This document shows positions 12,736 through 27,121 of a stretch of DNA of 64,000 bases, one piece after another (the stretch's first letter is position 1; the number at the start of each line of letters is the position of its first letter). Source of the DNA: Octopus vulgaris. Its lineage: Eukaryota. Position numbers and translations under genes: made by a program. The notes beneath the pieces were generated by a model. The model was given only the letters and a program-made list of their open reading frames with translations, was not told the DNA's origin and ran no database searches. The stretch covers positions 181,226,001-181,290,000 of the forward strand of contig OX597815.1 in NCBI GenBank assembly GCA_951406725.2, in the 5' to 3' direction.

Positions 12736-15124
12736 CATATATAACACCCACAAATCTAAAGAAACACAACTCATTCGACATATACCAGACATGTTTAAGG
12801 CGCAATAAAATAACAGAACTTACTTTATACACATCAGATTCAACAGAACAAACATAATATGACACGAAACAAAACCCCATATCAAAACAAACAGGTGCAG
12901 TACCCCAACAGGAGGCGTCTATACCCGTCCAATCATACCAAAAATAAGAACACATCGTTGCACACATCTCAGGAAAAGAGAGGTGCACCAGATGGTGCAG
13001 CAGAAACTCGCATAGCCGCCTCTCCTTCCCTTCCAAATAAATTAGTAATGATAGTGTTTTGTATCAAGATGGTCTCCATTAACTTCGAAAATAAACTTGG
13101 AGTAGCAGCAATATAAACAAAGCTACTGTTTATACGCCTAACTTCGCAGTACCACTTTTTTCGCATAAACGCTCTAAGTTACTACCATGAATCTTCTCTC
13201 ATCTTAGGAAATAACAATGCAAAAATACTGCAAAACTTTATTATAAAGGCAGGTCACTAGTATTTAATAAATCTGGCATAATTTCCTTCTTTTAGAAATG
13301 CCATTAGTATATTAATGAGCAAAAAGGTAACGCCAAATTATTACAAAGTTGGGTGCAAGCTGGCTAAAAAGCTAAACAGTTACACCGATTTCACAGTTGA
13401 ATTAAAAACATTTCAGGGAATTTGCCATTCCATTTTGTACATCTGGACTGATGCGCATTCACTTTTCTTAATAACCTTCTTACATTTATAATTACGTTGT
13501 AAATTTTCTCAAGGCTACCTTCTGGGGGAGTGAAGTATATAGTTAAGCGCTAGCAACCATTCTTCGGGAGATCAGACAAAACTTTTTAAATTGATACTAG
13601 AATCTTCCATGTCAAATCAGAAGCAATTCCATCGTGTCTGATGAACGCTTGCAACTGTTTTAATCCTGCACCTGGCAGGATTTTAAAAAAAATCTTTCAA
13701 AGAGAGAAATGGTAGGTGGTACCAGGTTTGGCAAATTCAAGGACACACTTGAATGAAAGTTACACCAATATTTGATTATATACTGGACACGTTAAATGAT
13801 TAAAGGAAGCTCATGGTCGGGAAGGATGGAAAAGATTGATAAAAATCTTCAGGTTCCTTACAAGCACAAAGGCTGCAGGAAAATGGAAAATGAAATTGTA
13901 ATCGTACTGACGAAAAAAAGTCGTTATTGTTAATGAAAATTGCTATCAAAAAGGACAAAGGAAGAAATTACCAAAACTTTAATTGATGTAATAGTGATTG
14001 GCAGAGTAAGGAAGTGTCTGTATATGACTAAAGAAAAAACACGCAAAACTCTTTTGGGGTGAGCCAAACTGGAAATGCGTTTATGATGTGCTACTCGGAG
14101 TGAATGAAAAATAAAATCATGAACATACTATGTATAGAAACAATTAGCGGTATTTGTTTTGTTTTTTTATACATCTCCTATTGTAAAGAAGGAATTGCTT
14201 CATATTTGAGGTAAAAACCAGTTGGTGCTTTGAAACAGTGAGGCACTGAAATGTTAATTTTTCTTTTAGTTAGGCTGAGTGGGGCGATTATAGTTTCGAA
14301 ATAAGTGAGGTACCAGTGAGTTTCTTCAACGGGCCAATAGACATGTTTTGTCACTTTGTTCCTTTGTATTTTTGTGAATGACGATGCCGAAGCTTATCAG
14401 ATGCTGTTAAGTCCTTGTTGTGCCATTTTTTGAGTAAGGTAAAGACATTTAGTGCTTAAAGTTCGGCACCCGAAGAAACTATTTCTTACATTATTTTTTA
14501 CCTCTAGAATAAACCACTCCAGCCCCGTCAACTACCAGAGTTTCCTGAGAACGTCGTCACCCCTCTTCTCCGCTCTATGATTGTTCTATGATTGCTAACG
14601 TGTAAGTTCCACCGACCAAATTGTCCATCTGTTAGAGGTCGGCGAGCGTTTGGCAACATTCTACATTCCAGAGATCACTCACTGTTCAGGAGGAGTTGCA
14701 TTCTCATCTCCTGTCTGCGTATCAACAGCCACAGAATACGGAGCCCACTCGGTGTCAACTGTGTTGGTTGCAAACAGGCTGCCTGACCAGTGGAACGCAT
14801 CCCTTAAACACGAAGCGGAAAAGCAGTCTCTCCAATCTGGTCAAGCAAAAACTGGAGTAAGGTAAGATTCTTAGACGGTAATAATGAAAACCTTTTCAAC
14901 CTCTGCATGACCTTTCAAAGATAGCTTTCGTTTGATATTTTTCTGAGTGATACTGGCCAACTCTGCTGGTAACTCTGTAGGGCTTTACTCACATAGATTA
15001 CTCGAAAGCTTTTGACTGATCCGATTGGCCAGGACCTCAGCGAAGGTAGGTTTCTCGTACAACTTTTCTAACTATTTCTCCCTTTTGTTAGTTCATTTTT
15101 AGATCTGCCCCTACCATCCTCTTC

Positions 15125-15742
15125 ACGGAGAGGACAAACAAGGACAGACAAACGGATTAAGTCGACTATATAGAATCCAGTGCGTAACTGGTACTTATCT
15201 AATCAACCCCGAAAGGATGAAAGGAAAAGTCGACCTCGGCTGAATTTAAACTCAGAACGTAGCGGCAGACGAAATACCGCTAAGCATTTCGCCCGGCGTG
15301 CTAAAATTTCTGCCAGTTCGCCGCCTTGATTTTATTTTAATATTCTTTTCTACCCTAGGCACAAGGCCCGAAATTTTAGGGGAGGGGGCTAGTCGATTAG
15401 ATCGATTCCAGTATGCAACTGGTGCTTAATTTAGCGACCCCGAAAGGATGAAAGGCAAAGCCGATCTCGGTGGAATTTGAACTCAGAAAGTAAAGACAGA
15501 CGATATACCTATTTCTTTATTACCCACAAGGGGCTAAACACAGAGGGGACAAACAAGGACAGACATAGGTATTAAGTCGATTACATCGACCCCAGTAAGT
15601 AACTGGTGCTTAATTTATCGACCCCGAAAGGATGAAAGGCAAAGTCGACCTCGGCGGAATTTGAACTCACAACGTAACGGGCAGACGAAATACAGCTAAG
15701 CATTTCGCCTGGCGTGCTAACGATTGTGCCAGCGCGCCGCTT
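15125..15742 (-). mobile_element. Cluster of SINE family A copies (monomer plus dimer)
   Basis: Repeated family A core and heads ending near 15327 and 15742. Confidence 0.88.
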
Positions 15743-17383
15743 TGATTATATTCTAATAATAATGATTGCATTGGCGCAAAGCCTGAAATTTGGAGAGGAG
15801 TATTAGTTGATATCGACCGAAGGACTTAGCTAATACATTATTTTTCTGATTCCAAAAGGATGAAAGCAGAGTTGACTTCGGTGAGGCATGAACATCATAT
15901 CACATGCAAACTCTCTTCTAGAAAAATATAGACGTATGCTCTTAATTAAGAAGAATTAAAAGGTATCCATCTGTAAGTGATACAGCACAGTGGGTTTAGT
16001 AATCATAATTGCAGTCATGCCACAGAACACTAAGCCGACACCCGCAGTTAATTTGCGCTGTGCTTTTCTATCTGCACTTCGACATAGTTGGCGGATAAAA
16101 ATAGAGATTTTACTTCTGCCGTTATTCGATGAACGAGATGAACGAAAAGTGTTAACATCTCAACCCAAGATATTATAATATATGCTGATATCTTTGAGGT
16201 AAGTACACGTCTTGAAATTCAATACAGTACTGGAATACATTGGCAGAAAATAGCGGGAGAAAAATCACTATTTAGTAGCCTTTATTTCAATGTTCCCCAG
16301 GTTTTTCGATTGGTAGTCCTTATATTAAAAAAAAACAAACAAACAAAAGACAAAATAAAAACTTTGCTGCTCGGTATTTTTATTATATATAGTTAAGAAT
16401 TATCCGAGATGAATGAAAGATTATATGAGATAAAAATGATATCTGTTATATTTAAACTAAGATTTATTACGTGGTAGTTTATTAATAATTTAAATTAGTT
16501 AATCTGCCACGAGTCAATTGACTTACGTGCAGCAATCTTTGGATTTTTTAAAAGTCTGGTTTATTAATAAGGCTAATTAAGTAATTTGATGACGATCTTC
16601 AAGATATATGTATGCATAAAGCGCATATTAAGTAAGAAACTGATTAACCGTTCCAGGCTTATCTTTCAGAGTGGGAATAGATACAGCGCTTTGAAATGTT
16701 ATCAAGCACATTTTGGCAGCTGATTATACACAACCAGATTGTTGTATATTTCCATTAACCATTGAGTCACATCGACCAAGATAAAACGAAATGGATAAAC
16801 GTCAAATGTTGTTCCTTTTTACTTAAGCTTAGTCCTAGTAGAGCGAACCTATCATCAAAGATGTTGAAGCCCTGACCTCATTCGTTTCTCTTTTCAAGAC
16901 AGTGTTATCAAGTTACTTATGGTCCGATATGCACCCCAAGCAGGAAACAAAGAATGAGAAAAAAAAAGAAAAGAAAAGGGAAAAAAACGCTAGATTGTGA
17001 TATAAAGGAAAATTGGCAGAGTGTTGTAGTAGTTTCGACAACCATAAAGACACTTTCGTATTAGCCAAAATTTCTAAACAAAGTAATACACTTCATTGAA
17101 TTGACCGGTATATTACTGGTAAATATATGTTTGTATCCCCATAGAGACATAATTCGAAGTTCGTTCAAATAAAATTTAAATACGGAATACAAAAAAAATA
17201 GTAGTCGCTACCAATTCCTTGTTTTCTCTCAACAACAATGATTCTTTTCTAATCTAGGCACAAGGTCCGAAATTTTGTGGGGGAAGGGCCAGTCGATTAG
17301 ATCACCCAAGTACGTATACCATATTATTATAGGAAGAAATTCAAAATCTTACAGCTGTTTCTGGGATATCCATGAGTATGGGA

Positions 17384-17437
<54 letters not shown>

Positions 17438-17440
17438 TAT

Positions 17441-17745
17441 TAAGAACAAACTTACTTAGAAATGGATGCGTACATTCTGTCGTGTAATAACAAATTAATA
17501 AATAAAACATATGCATATATACATACATATATGTACGTACCTACATCTACATGTATATATACATGCATATATGGGTACAGGACACCAAAAAAAAAACGTC
17601 GAACACAATGAGAAACGAAAACATAAACACAAAACCAAGGAACTGGACATTTTTCTTAAACGACAAAAAGAAAAAAAAAGAGTACAGGTCAAATAACACA
17701 AGGAAAATTCCCCTTCTTCAGTCGCCATGGTTTCATCTACTCTGC
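17441..17745 (+). repeat. Interspersed AT-rich family E
   Basis: aaacatatgcatatatacatacatatatgtacgtacctacatctac...ggacaccaaaa...ggaaaattccccttcttcag recurs at seven loci. Confidence 0.85.
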
Positions 17746-18039
17746 TTCTTTCAGTTTCCATCTAACAAATCCACTCACAAAGATTTGATCGGACCGAGGC
17801 TATAGTAGAAGACGTTTTATATATATAATTATATATATATATATACGAAGCTTCGAAGTCACTGTCCACAACATTCTTCAATAAAAATAATTTGTACTCT
17901 TCAAAAGTATAGAGTAACCCATGAGATCAATGTAAAACTTTTTTATGAGTACTGCACATAACAGCAATCATTAATATATGTATCTGTGAGTGTGTATATG
18001 TATATATGTTTGTGTGTCTGTGTGTATGTATATATCTCT

Positions 18040-18434
18040 CTTTTTCTCTTTTACTTGTTTCAGTCATTTGACTGCGGCCATGCTGGAGCACCGCCTTTTT
18101 TTTAATCGAGCAACTCGACCCCGGGACTTATTCTTTGTAAGCCCAGTACTTATTCTATCGGTCTCTTTTGCCGAGCCGCTAAGTGACGGGGACATAAGCT
18201 CACCAGCATAGGTTGTCAAGCAATGCTAGGGGGACAAACACAAACATACACGCACCCACATATATACATATATATACATATATACGACAGGCTTCTTTCA
18301 GTTTCCGTCTACCAAATCCACTCACAAGGCTTTGGTCGGCCCGAGGCTATAGCAGAAGACACTTGCCCAAGGTGCCACGCAGTGGGACTGAACCCGGAAC
18401 CATGTGGTTGGTAAACAAGCTACTTACCACACAG
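18040..18434 (-). mobile_element. SINE family B (head truncated)
   Basis: Family B body and tail. Confidence 0.88.
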
Positions 18435-18446
18435 TATATATATATA

Positions 18447-18661
18447 CTTTATTTAAAGCAGCATAAAATTCAACAAAACCTGTTACTCTGAGTTTCACGT
18501 TGCAGTTCGTCGGACAGCTTTTGCTAGAATAGCAAAACGTGAAACTCAGAGTAACAGGTTTTGTTGAATTTTATGCTGCTTTAAATAAAGCATATTACTC
18601 TACCACTGTTATTTGAGTACTCTTTTTTCCACCTTGTTTCACATTTATGTGTTTACTCCGG
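18447..18661 (-). mobile_element. Fold-back element (55-bp perfect arms 18447-18501 / 18536-18590) with hammerhead motif at 18480-18517
   Basis: Minus strand ctgt-CCGACGA-ac..gt-GAAA-ctcagag-TA-acag. Flanked by (TA)n. Confidence 0.75.
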
Positions 18662-18915
18662 TATATATATATGTATATATATATGTATGTATATATATAT
18701 ATATATGCATATATATATATATATATATATACGTATATATATGTATATATAGTATATATATGAGTTATGCGTATATATATATATATATACATATTTATAT
18801 ATATATGTATATAAGTATATATATATGTGTGTGTGTGTATGTATATTTGTATATATAAATATATACGCATGCAGATACTTCTCTCAGTCCCCTCTCTCTT
18901 ATTTCTCTAATTAGA

Positions 18916-18947
<32 letters not shown>

Positions 18948-19289
18948 TGTGTAAAAGCACACATATAAACGAAATAGATCTTCGTTGGGTACGAAAAATG
19001 TACGCTGTTTGCTCATTCAATAAACGTTTATACATAACCATCAGACAAAATAAGCGTGACACAGTATGTCAAGGCTGGACGTTTGAATTAGTAATATATA
19101 CCCATTTGACGGGCTTCGCCATAGTTTCCGTTTGTTTAATCTCACGCACAATGTCTCTTCGCCATCCGGCTATACTTCATCTGTATGTATGTATGTATAT
19201 TATGTATGTATGTATGTGTGTGTGTCTGTGTGTGTGTCTGTGTCTGTGTATGTATGTATGTGTTTATGGATGTATTATGTATAGGGTTT

Positions 19290-19668
19290 TGGTTGAAGAA
19301 ATCGACCCCAGGGCTTATTCTTTGTAAGCCTAATACTTATTCTATCGGGGTTCTTTTTTATGCTGAACTGCTATATTACGAGGACAAAACTCACTAGCAT
19401 CGGTTGTCAAGCGGGGGACAAACGCAGACACACACACACACACACATACACACAGACACACACACACACACACTTACACACATAAATATATATACTTATA
19501 TATATACGACGGGCTTCCTTCAGTTTCCGTCTACGAAATCCAATCTCAAGGCTTTTTTCAGCCCGAGGCTACAGTAGAAGACACTTTGCCCAAGGCTCCT
19601 CACAGTGGGACTGAACCCGGAACCACGTGGTTGCTAAGCAAGTTGCTTACCACGCAGCTACACCTGCA
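19290..19668 (-). mobile_element. SINE family B
   Basis: Family B consensus match by eye. Confidence 0.82.
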
Positions 19669-20260
19669 TCTATATATATATATATATATATACACACACA
19701 TGTCTGTGTGTGTGTATAGAGTGTCTGAAGTGGTGTACAGATATTGTATATCGAGACAAAAGGAAACAGTCAGAATTTTGAATAATTCCTTTATTCTTAG
19801 CACTTTCGTTCGTGTAAACGAACTCTTTAAGATAGGAATTAAAATCTAAATGATAAAGAGGAAAAAAAAACAGAGCGTTTCCTTGTTCTATTATGTGACG
19901 TTTTTAGCAAAGAGGTGGAAAAAACGATAGATAGATAGACAGATAGATAGATAGACAGAGAGAGAGAGATTTCTTTTCAATTACATTGTTTGTTTTCGAG
20001 GCAAGAGAGGAAGAAGAAGAAAAATCACGTTATAAACATTGGAAGTATATTCAGAAATAGCAGCAACAGTGTAAACGTTTCTCCTTCATCATTACTATTT
20101 ATAAAAAAAAAAAAAAAAAAATGACCATGAAGAAGTTCTCTTGATGGACACCAAGGACCTTAGGCTGACAGTACTTTACGCAATATGCATGCAGTTCCAA
20201 ATAACGCTCACTTTTGCAATACGCCTAGATTGTAGAATACTTATAAAGTTTCCAGATGTA

Positions 20261-20492
20261 AGGCGGCGAGCTGGCAGAAACGTTAGCACACCGGGCGAAA
20301 TGCGTAGCCGTATTTAGTCTGCCGTTACGTTCTGAGTTCAAATTCCGCCGAGGTCGACTTTGCCTTTCATCCTTTCGGGGACGATAAATTAAGTACCAGT
20401 TACGCACTGGGGTCGATGTAATCGATTTAATCCGTTTGTCTGTCCTTGTTTGTCCCCTCTGTGTTTAGCCCCTTGTGGGTAATAAAGGAATA
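20261..20492 (+). mobile_element. SINE family A with target-site duplication
   Basis: tataaagtttccagatgt flanks both sides (20242-20259 and 20493-20510). Confidence 0.92.
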
Positions 20493-20499
20493 TATAAAG

Positions 20500-21575
20500 T
20501 TTCCAGATGTTTCTTCAGCTTGGATGGTATTGACCCCAAAGCTCCGGGGACAATTGGGACAGCCTTTATGTTTGACTCTCGTAGTTGCCAAAAATTGGCG
20601 ATCTCAATTCTCAGCTCTACATATTTATCCATCTTTTCATGATAATACGTTGATCTCCAGGCACTGCTACGTCGACTATTAGGCACTCTTGTTTGTCCCT
20701 CCTAAATGTCACTGAATCTGGCCTTCGGTGCTCAAACACCTTATCGGTTTGGAAATCAAGTCCCAGAGGATTTTTACCTGCCCCTTCTCGTTCATTATCT
20801 TTTCCGGTGTATGTTGGTACCAAGCACCCGTTACCTCGTATCCATACTTCCGGCATAGTATCCATTAAAGATTTTGGACTACCTTGTCATGTCTGCACTT
20901 GTACTCTCTCTCTCTCTCTGCGCAAGTTTTTCACAATGTGAGTCCCACTTTCGACCCACTTCCCACACATTCTGCAGAGGTTCGTTGCACTCGTGTGGTA
21001 TACATCTCTTTTAACTGAGTCGGTAGTCAATGCCTGATCATGATCCTGGCAGCAATGATTTGGCTTTCAATATTCTTTTTTAGGTCACACTTACCAATCC
21101 ACCTCCATGATGCTTCCTGATCTTTTCACGGTGGAACTGACCATGTAATTCTATGCGGAGAAGGGTTTCTTCTCTCTCCTGATCGGAATTCGTGAGCACT
21201 CTCAAGTCCAATCTTTGGGAAATCTTTCTGCATTAGCAGCATACTGTAGCAGAGCTTGTTTGCTGTTTACCAAATTTTCTGCCATGTTTCTTCTTTCACT
21301 GTTGATGCACTCCCGTACGCTAATCAGCCCACGTCCACCAATACACCTCTTCATGTAGAGCCTGTGCACGTTCGCCTTAGGGTGGAGGGCACTATTTCTG
21401 GTAATTTTCTTTCGCTCGTGTCCATTTCAGTTTGGGTGCACTATAGCAGACTATAGCAACAACCCATATGTTGACGGGAGTCACAAGGTTCGTAGAGTTG
21501 AGTTTTGATTTTAAGAGAAGTTTGAGATGTTTCAAATATGCAGTGACGACTTTGTCTTTCATTTCTCTGTACAAG
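20500..21575 (-). pseudogene. Degenerate R4/Dong-clade non-LTR retrotransposon 3' part (post-RT, CCHC, REL endonuclease)
   Basis: MKDKVVTAYLKHLKLLLKSKLNSTNL..NIWVVAIVCYSA; LHGQF; CRMCGK; DFQTDKVFEHRRPD..ECLIVDVAVPGD; VPIVPGALG. Confidence 0.82.
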
Positions 21576-22313
21576 ATGAACCAACATTTTTATCGATCAC
21601 CGAGACCCCAGAAACAGATGCTGGACTTTTTCTTCCGCACCTTTAATTTTCTCTGTCGTTTGTACTCAATGCAAGTTGGACCTATTAATACAAACCAACG
21701 GAACAGCTTGCTCGTGAAATTAACGTGCAAGTGTCTGAGCATTCCACATACACGTGTACCCCTAACGTAGTTCCCGAGGAGATTCAGCGTGACACAGAAT
21801 ACGACAAATCTAGCACTTTGAAATACAGGACTGGAGCAACGTGAAAAAGAGTGTTTTGCTCAAGGACATAACGCATCGCCGAGAATTGAACTCACGACCT
21901 TATAATCGTGAGTCGAATGCCCTAACCACTAAGCCACGTGCCTTCACATTTATATAGCAATCTATATACTCATAGATAAAAATTCATCATCTGAAATGTT
22001 CTATCTTCTGCTTCCTCGCCTTTTGTATATTTTGTATTTGATGCTTAATATATTTAATATATTTGATGTGTCAAATTTGTTTTATCCGTATTATTGCATC
22101 TCTCTCTCTCCCTCCCTCCCTCCCTCCCTCCCTCTCTTCCTCTCCCTCCCCGCCTCTCTCTTTTTATTTCGTATATTTTCATTTGCCTTGCTCATTTTTA
22201 CATTCTGGCGTTTTGGTGAAATTTTTCTTGAGAATACACTCTTCGTGGTAAAGCGATTTGACGTCTCTCCCTAGCATATTAGGAATCCACTTTGGTGATC
22301 ATTCCTTTTAATT

Positions 22314-22773
<460 letters not shown>

Positions 22774-23111
22774 TCATACATACACACCTGTTTGTTCTTT
22801 ATTATATAGTGATTTGATATATTTATTCGATGTCTTTTTCTATATCTCTTCTTTCTCCTTTTTCCCTCTTTTTTCTCTGCCCCCTCTCTCACTTTCTCAT
22901 ACTCCCTCTCTGCCTTCTGTGTGTGTCTCTCTCTCTCTGCATCTACCACTTAACTCCCTCCCTCCTACTACTGACACGTGACCCACTGTCATTTTGTTTT
23001 CCTTTTCTTCTTCTTTTTCCTTTTTACCCCAACGGCTGAAGCATCCGGTCGTATTTTCTTTTGTCTGCCGCTTCAACCTTTTTCGCTCCGTTGTCTCTCT
23101 GTTTCTAATCT

Positions 23112-23334
23112 GTTTCTTTATTACCCACAAGGGGCTAAACATAGAGGGGACAAACAAGAACAGACAAACGGATTAAGTCGACCCCAGTGCATAACTGGTA
23201 CTTAATTTATCGACCCCGAAAGGATGAAAGGCAAAGTCGACCTCGGCGGAATTTGAACTGAGAACGTAGCGACAGACGAAATACGGCTACGCATTTCGCC
23301 CGGCGTGCTAACGGTTCTGCCAGCTCGCCACCTT
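23112..23334 (-). mobile_element. SINE family A with TSD (tctgtttctaatc)
   Basis: Full-length minus copy with flanking direct repeat. Confidence 0.9.
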
Positions 23335-24008
23335 CTTTCTGTTTCTAATCGTTCACGATTTTACTCAGATTCTTATCCACACTTCGTCTCTTTCCGGCCC
23401 TTAAGCTGGGTTCTGATTATTTATTTCGTCCTTGTCCTCTCGGCCGTTCACTAATGATGCCGTCTTCAGTCACAGTTATTCATGTTCGCATGTCCAATTT
23501 TGTGTTGCATATCTATCCAGTTATTGTTTGTTCGTACTTGTTATGTTTCGGTCCCATTTTCCTGCAGTCCTTTTTTTGTTTTTAAACTTTTTGCTGGTGT
23601 CACCGGAAGGGAAGTAATACCATCATCAAAAAAACCAATTTGCGTTTGACCCTTCAGCCGATAACTGATGGGAAGTTGGTAACCTTCTGTAACTGTTTTC
23701 CGTTTGTTTCTACATTTATTATGTGTTTTTTTGCCTTATTAATTAATGGAACGCTACGTACCCTTGACATTATTTACAGTAAGTGATTATATATATATAT
23801 ATATATACAAATATATATATATACAAAGTATATATATATATATATATATATATACAAAGTATATATATACAAAGTATATATATATACAAAGTATATATAT
23901 ATATATATACATATATACATATATACATACAGAGAGAGAGAGAGGCATATGTCTGCTTATGTATGAGTATACTTTTATGCATGAATATATATGTGAATGT
24001 TTGTATTT

Positions 24009-24372
24009 GGAGGCGAAATGGCCCAGTAGTTGGGGCAGCGGACTCGTGGTTTCGATTTCCAGACCGGGCGTTGTGAGTGTTTATTGAGTGAAAACACCTA
24101 AAGCTCCACGAAGCTCATACAGAGGGTGGTGGTGAACCCTGCTGTGCTCTTTCACACAGCTTTCTCTCTTTCTTCCTGTTTCTGTTGTACCTGTATTTCA
24201 AAGAGGCCAGCCTTGTCACACACACTGTGTCACGCTGAGTCTTCCCGGAAACTATGTTAAAGGTATACGTGACTTTGGAGTGCTCAGCCACTTGCACGTT
24301 GATTTCATGAGCAGGCTGTTCCGTTGATCGGATCAACAGGAACTCTCGACGTCGTAACCGACGGAGTGCCAC
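24009..24372 (+). mobile_element. SINE family C
   Basis: Match to the copy at 12368. Confidence 0.88.
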
Positions 24373-24923
24373 GATGTTTGTATATGAGCAAATGTACAGT
24401 ATGTCTATGAGCTTTCGAATATATGTGTCTACATGTGAACATATATATACGTGCATATCGTTCCCTTTACTCCTCTTGGGCTATTTTGCCTGCATTTTGC
24501 CTGCTCTTCTATAAGCAATAAGTTCTTGATGTAGCACTGAGTGACTAAATACAGTTATTAATGTACTAATGTGTAATCAAACATAGTTAATAATTCATTA
24601 ATGCGTAAATAAACATCGTAGCTATATTTATTTTGGCTTGGTTATATTTCACTTTGTTTCCGCTATGGTATAGCTTTTCAGGAAATTGCCCATGGCATTT
24701 ATGAAAATTTATAGCATTTATATTTTTTGCTTCAAAGAACATAAGTGTTATACTTATGTTACTGTCTTTCTTGACATCCTTCATTTCGGTGTTTTATAAT
24801 CTCAAATAAATGGCGCTGACATAATCTATTCCCAAATGAATGCTTAAGACTATATAAGATGAATAGTTTTCTCAAGTCTTACTTGTGCTAAGTCATATTT
24901 TATGTCATTATTAAAGCGGCGAA

Positions 24924-25325
24924 AGGCGGCGAACTGGCAGAATCATTAGTGCGCCGGGCAAAATGCCTTGCGGTATTTCGTCTGCGGCTACGTTCTGAGT
25001 TTAAATTCCGCCGAGGTCGACTTTGCCTTTCATCCTTTCGGGGTCGATTAAATTAAATAAGTACCAGTTACACACTGGAGTCTATGTAATCGACACAATC
25101 CATTTGTCTGTCCTTGTTTGTCACCTCTGTGTTTAGCCCCTTGTGGGTAGTAAAGAAATAGGTATTTCGTCTGCCGCTACGTTCTGAGTTCAAATTCCGC
25201 CGAGGTTGACTTTGCCGTTCATCCTTTCGGAGTCAATAAATTAAGGACCATCTACGTACTAGGGTCGACGTAATTGACTGTTCCACCTCACTCTAAATTT
25301 CTGGCCATGTGTCTGTAATAGAAAT
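24924..25325 (+). mobile_element. SINE family A dimer
   Basis: Head plus two bodies joined at aaagaaata|ggtatttcgtc. Confidence 0.88.
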
Positions 25326-25744
25326 AATTATTAAGTAGCATTTTTCTTTCGTTTACAAATTCATGTTGAAATTGAATAAAAATTTCATTGGACGATATTG
25401 AACTTAATTTTAATGATTTCTTTCACCTTCCTCTTCGATATCTATCCGACTTCAATACATCTGATGTGATTTTGTTTGTCGTGAAGACAAGAGACTAGTT
25501 TATTGCACTATGGAACCTAAATATTGTAAGTTACTGCTTAAAAGTTTATTTTCTTCACAGATTAATACAAGTTTTTCTTAAAAAGGAAATTATATACGCG
25601 CAGATGTATGGTGTGAAGCTTGCTTCCCAACCAGATGGTTCCAAGTTCAGTCCCAGAGCGTGGCACCTTTGGTGTCTTCTACCATAGCCTCGGGCCGACC
25701 ATAGCCTTGTGAGTGGATTTGGTAGACGGAACCTGAAAGAAGCC

Positions 25745-25812
<68 letters not shown>

Positions 25813-26224
25813 ATTTGACCCTGCTGCCACTTTCACGGCCGGTTTTGGTGTGTTTATGTCCCCAAACACAGACGCACACACATACCTACATATGTGTATA
25901 TATATATAACATTATGATAATATATATTCACCGATTTAAAGCGTTGTTATTAAATATAAATAATTGACTGAAAAAAAATTGATGACCTAACCCTAGGCAG
26001 AATCGAACCCACGCATTAACGTTTACATGCCTCAACGTACATGTGATTGGGTCAAACGTTCACCCATCAATTTCAGCTAAATTTTATGAATATATACTGT
26101 CTAATACTACATATAATATTTTATAAATAAACCAGAAAGGCTTTGTAAGGTATATATATATATATATATATATACATATATATGTAGAAGGATGAAAAGG
26201 AACACACGAGTTGATATATATATG

Positions 26225-26604
26225 GAAGCACTCCGTCGGTTACGACGACGAGGGTTCAGGTTGATCCGAATCAACGGAACAGCCTGCTCGTGAAATGAAT
26301 GTGTAAGTGGCTGAGCACTCCACAGACACGTGTACCCTTAACGTAGTTCTCGGGGATATTCAGCGTGACACAGAGAGTGACAAGGCCGGCCCTTTGAAAT
26401 ACAGGTACAACAGAAACAGGAAGTAAGAGTGAGAGAAAGTTGTGGTGAAAGAGTACAACAGGGATCACCACCATCCCCTGCCAGAGCCTCGTAGAGCTTT
26501 AGGTGTTTTCGCTCAATAAACACTCACAACGCCCGGTCTGGGAATCGAAACCGCGATCCTATGACCGCGAGTCCGTTGCCCTAACCACTGGGCCATTGCG
26601 CCTC

Positions 26605-26606
<2 letters not shown>
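26225..26606 (-). mobile_element. SINE family C, full length
   Basis: Reverse complement of the family C head ends at 26606. Confidence 0.9.
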
Positions 26607-26689
<83 letters not shown>

Positions 26690-26691
<2 letters not shown>

Positions 26692-27090
26692 TTTTTACTG
26701 TTTATATTTTTGTACTGTCGTTACTGCCCTGTTTTTTTTACCATTTTTTACCCCACTGCGAAAAGATCTCAGAATTTTAATTGATTTGCTTTTCGCAGGA
26801 AGGAAAATTTCTTGTCGAAGATATGTCTCGCTTTTATCCTTCGAAACGTAGAGTAGATGAAACCTTAGCGACTGAAGAAGGGGTTTTTTCGTTGTGTTAA
26901 TTGTCCTGTACTCCATTTTTTGTTGTTTTAAAAAAAATGTCCAGTTCCTTTGGTTTGTGTCTATGTTTTCGTTTCTCTTTGTGTTCGACGTCCCTTTGGT
27001 GTCCTGTACTCATATATGCGTGTATATGTACATGTAGAGGTAGGTACGTACATATATGTTTATATATGTGCATATGTTTCATTTCATTTA
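26690..27090 (-). repeat. Family E
   Basis: Reverse complement of the 61000-61470 copy. Confidence 0.85.

Positions 27091-27120
<30 letters not shown>

Positions 27121-27121
<1 letters not shown>

Noticed and set aside
13400-13850. Possible RTE 3' remnant
   Set aside because: Too degenerate to support by eye
14520-15070. GC-richer unique-looking stretch with short ORFs and a GTAAG donor at ~14862
   Set aside because: No recognisable protein motif in the frames I translated; probably a decayed transposon
23660-23700. ctgatgg-gaag..cttc-tgtaac hammerhead-like string (similar weak ones at 17345, 17825, 20060, 59150 and 59563)
   Set aside because: Several core mismatches or missing stems; indistinguishable from chance
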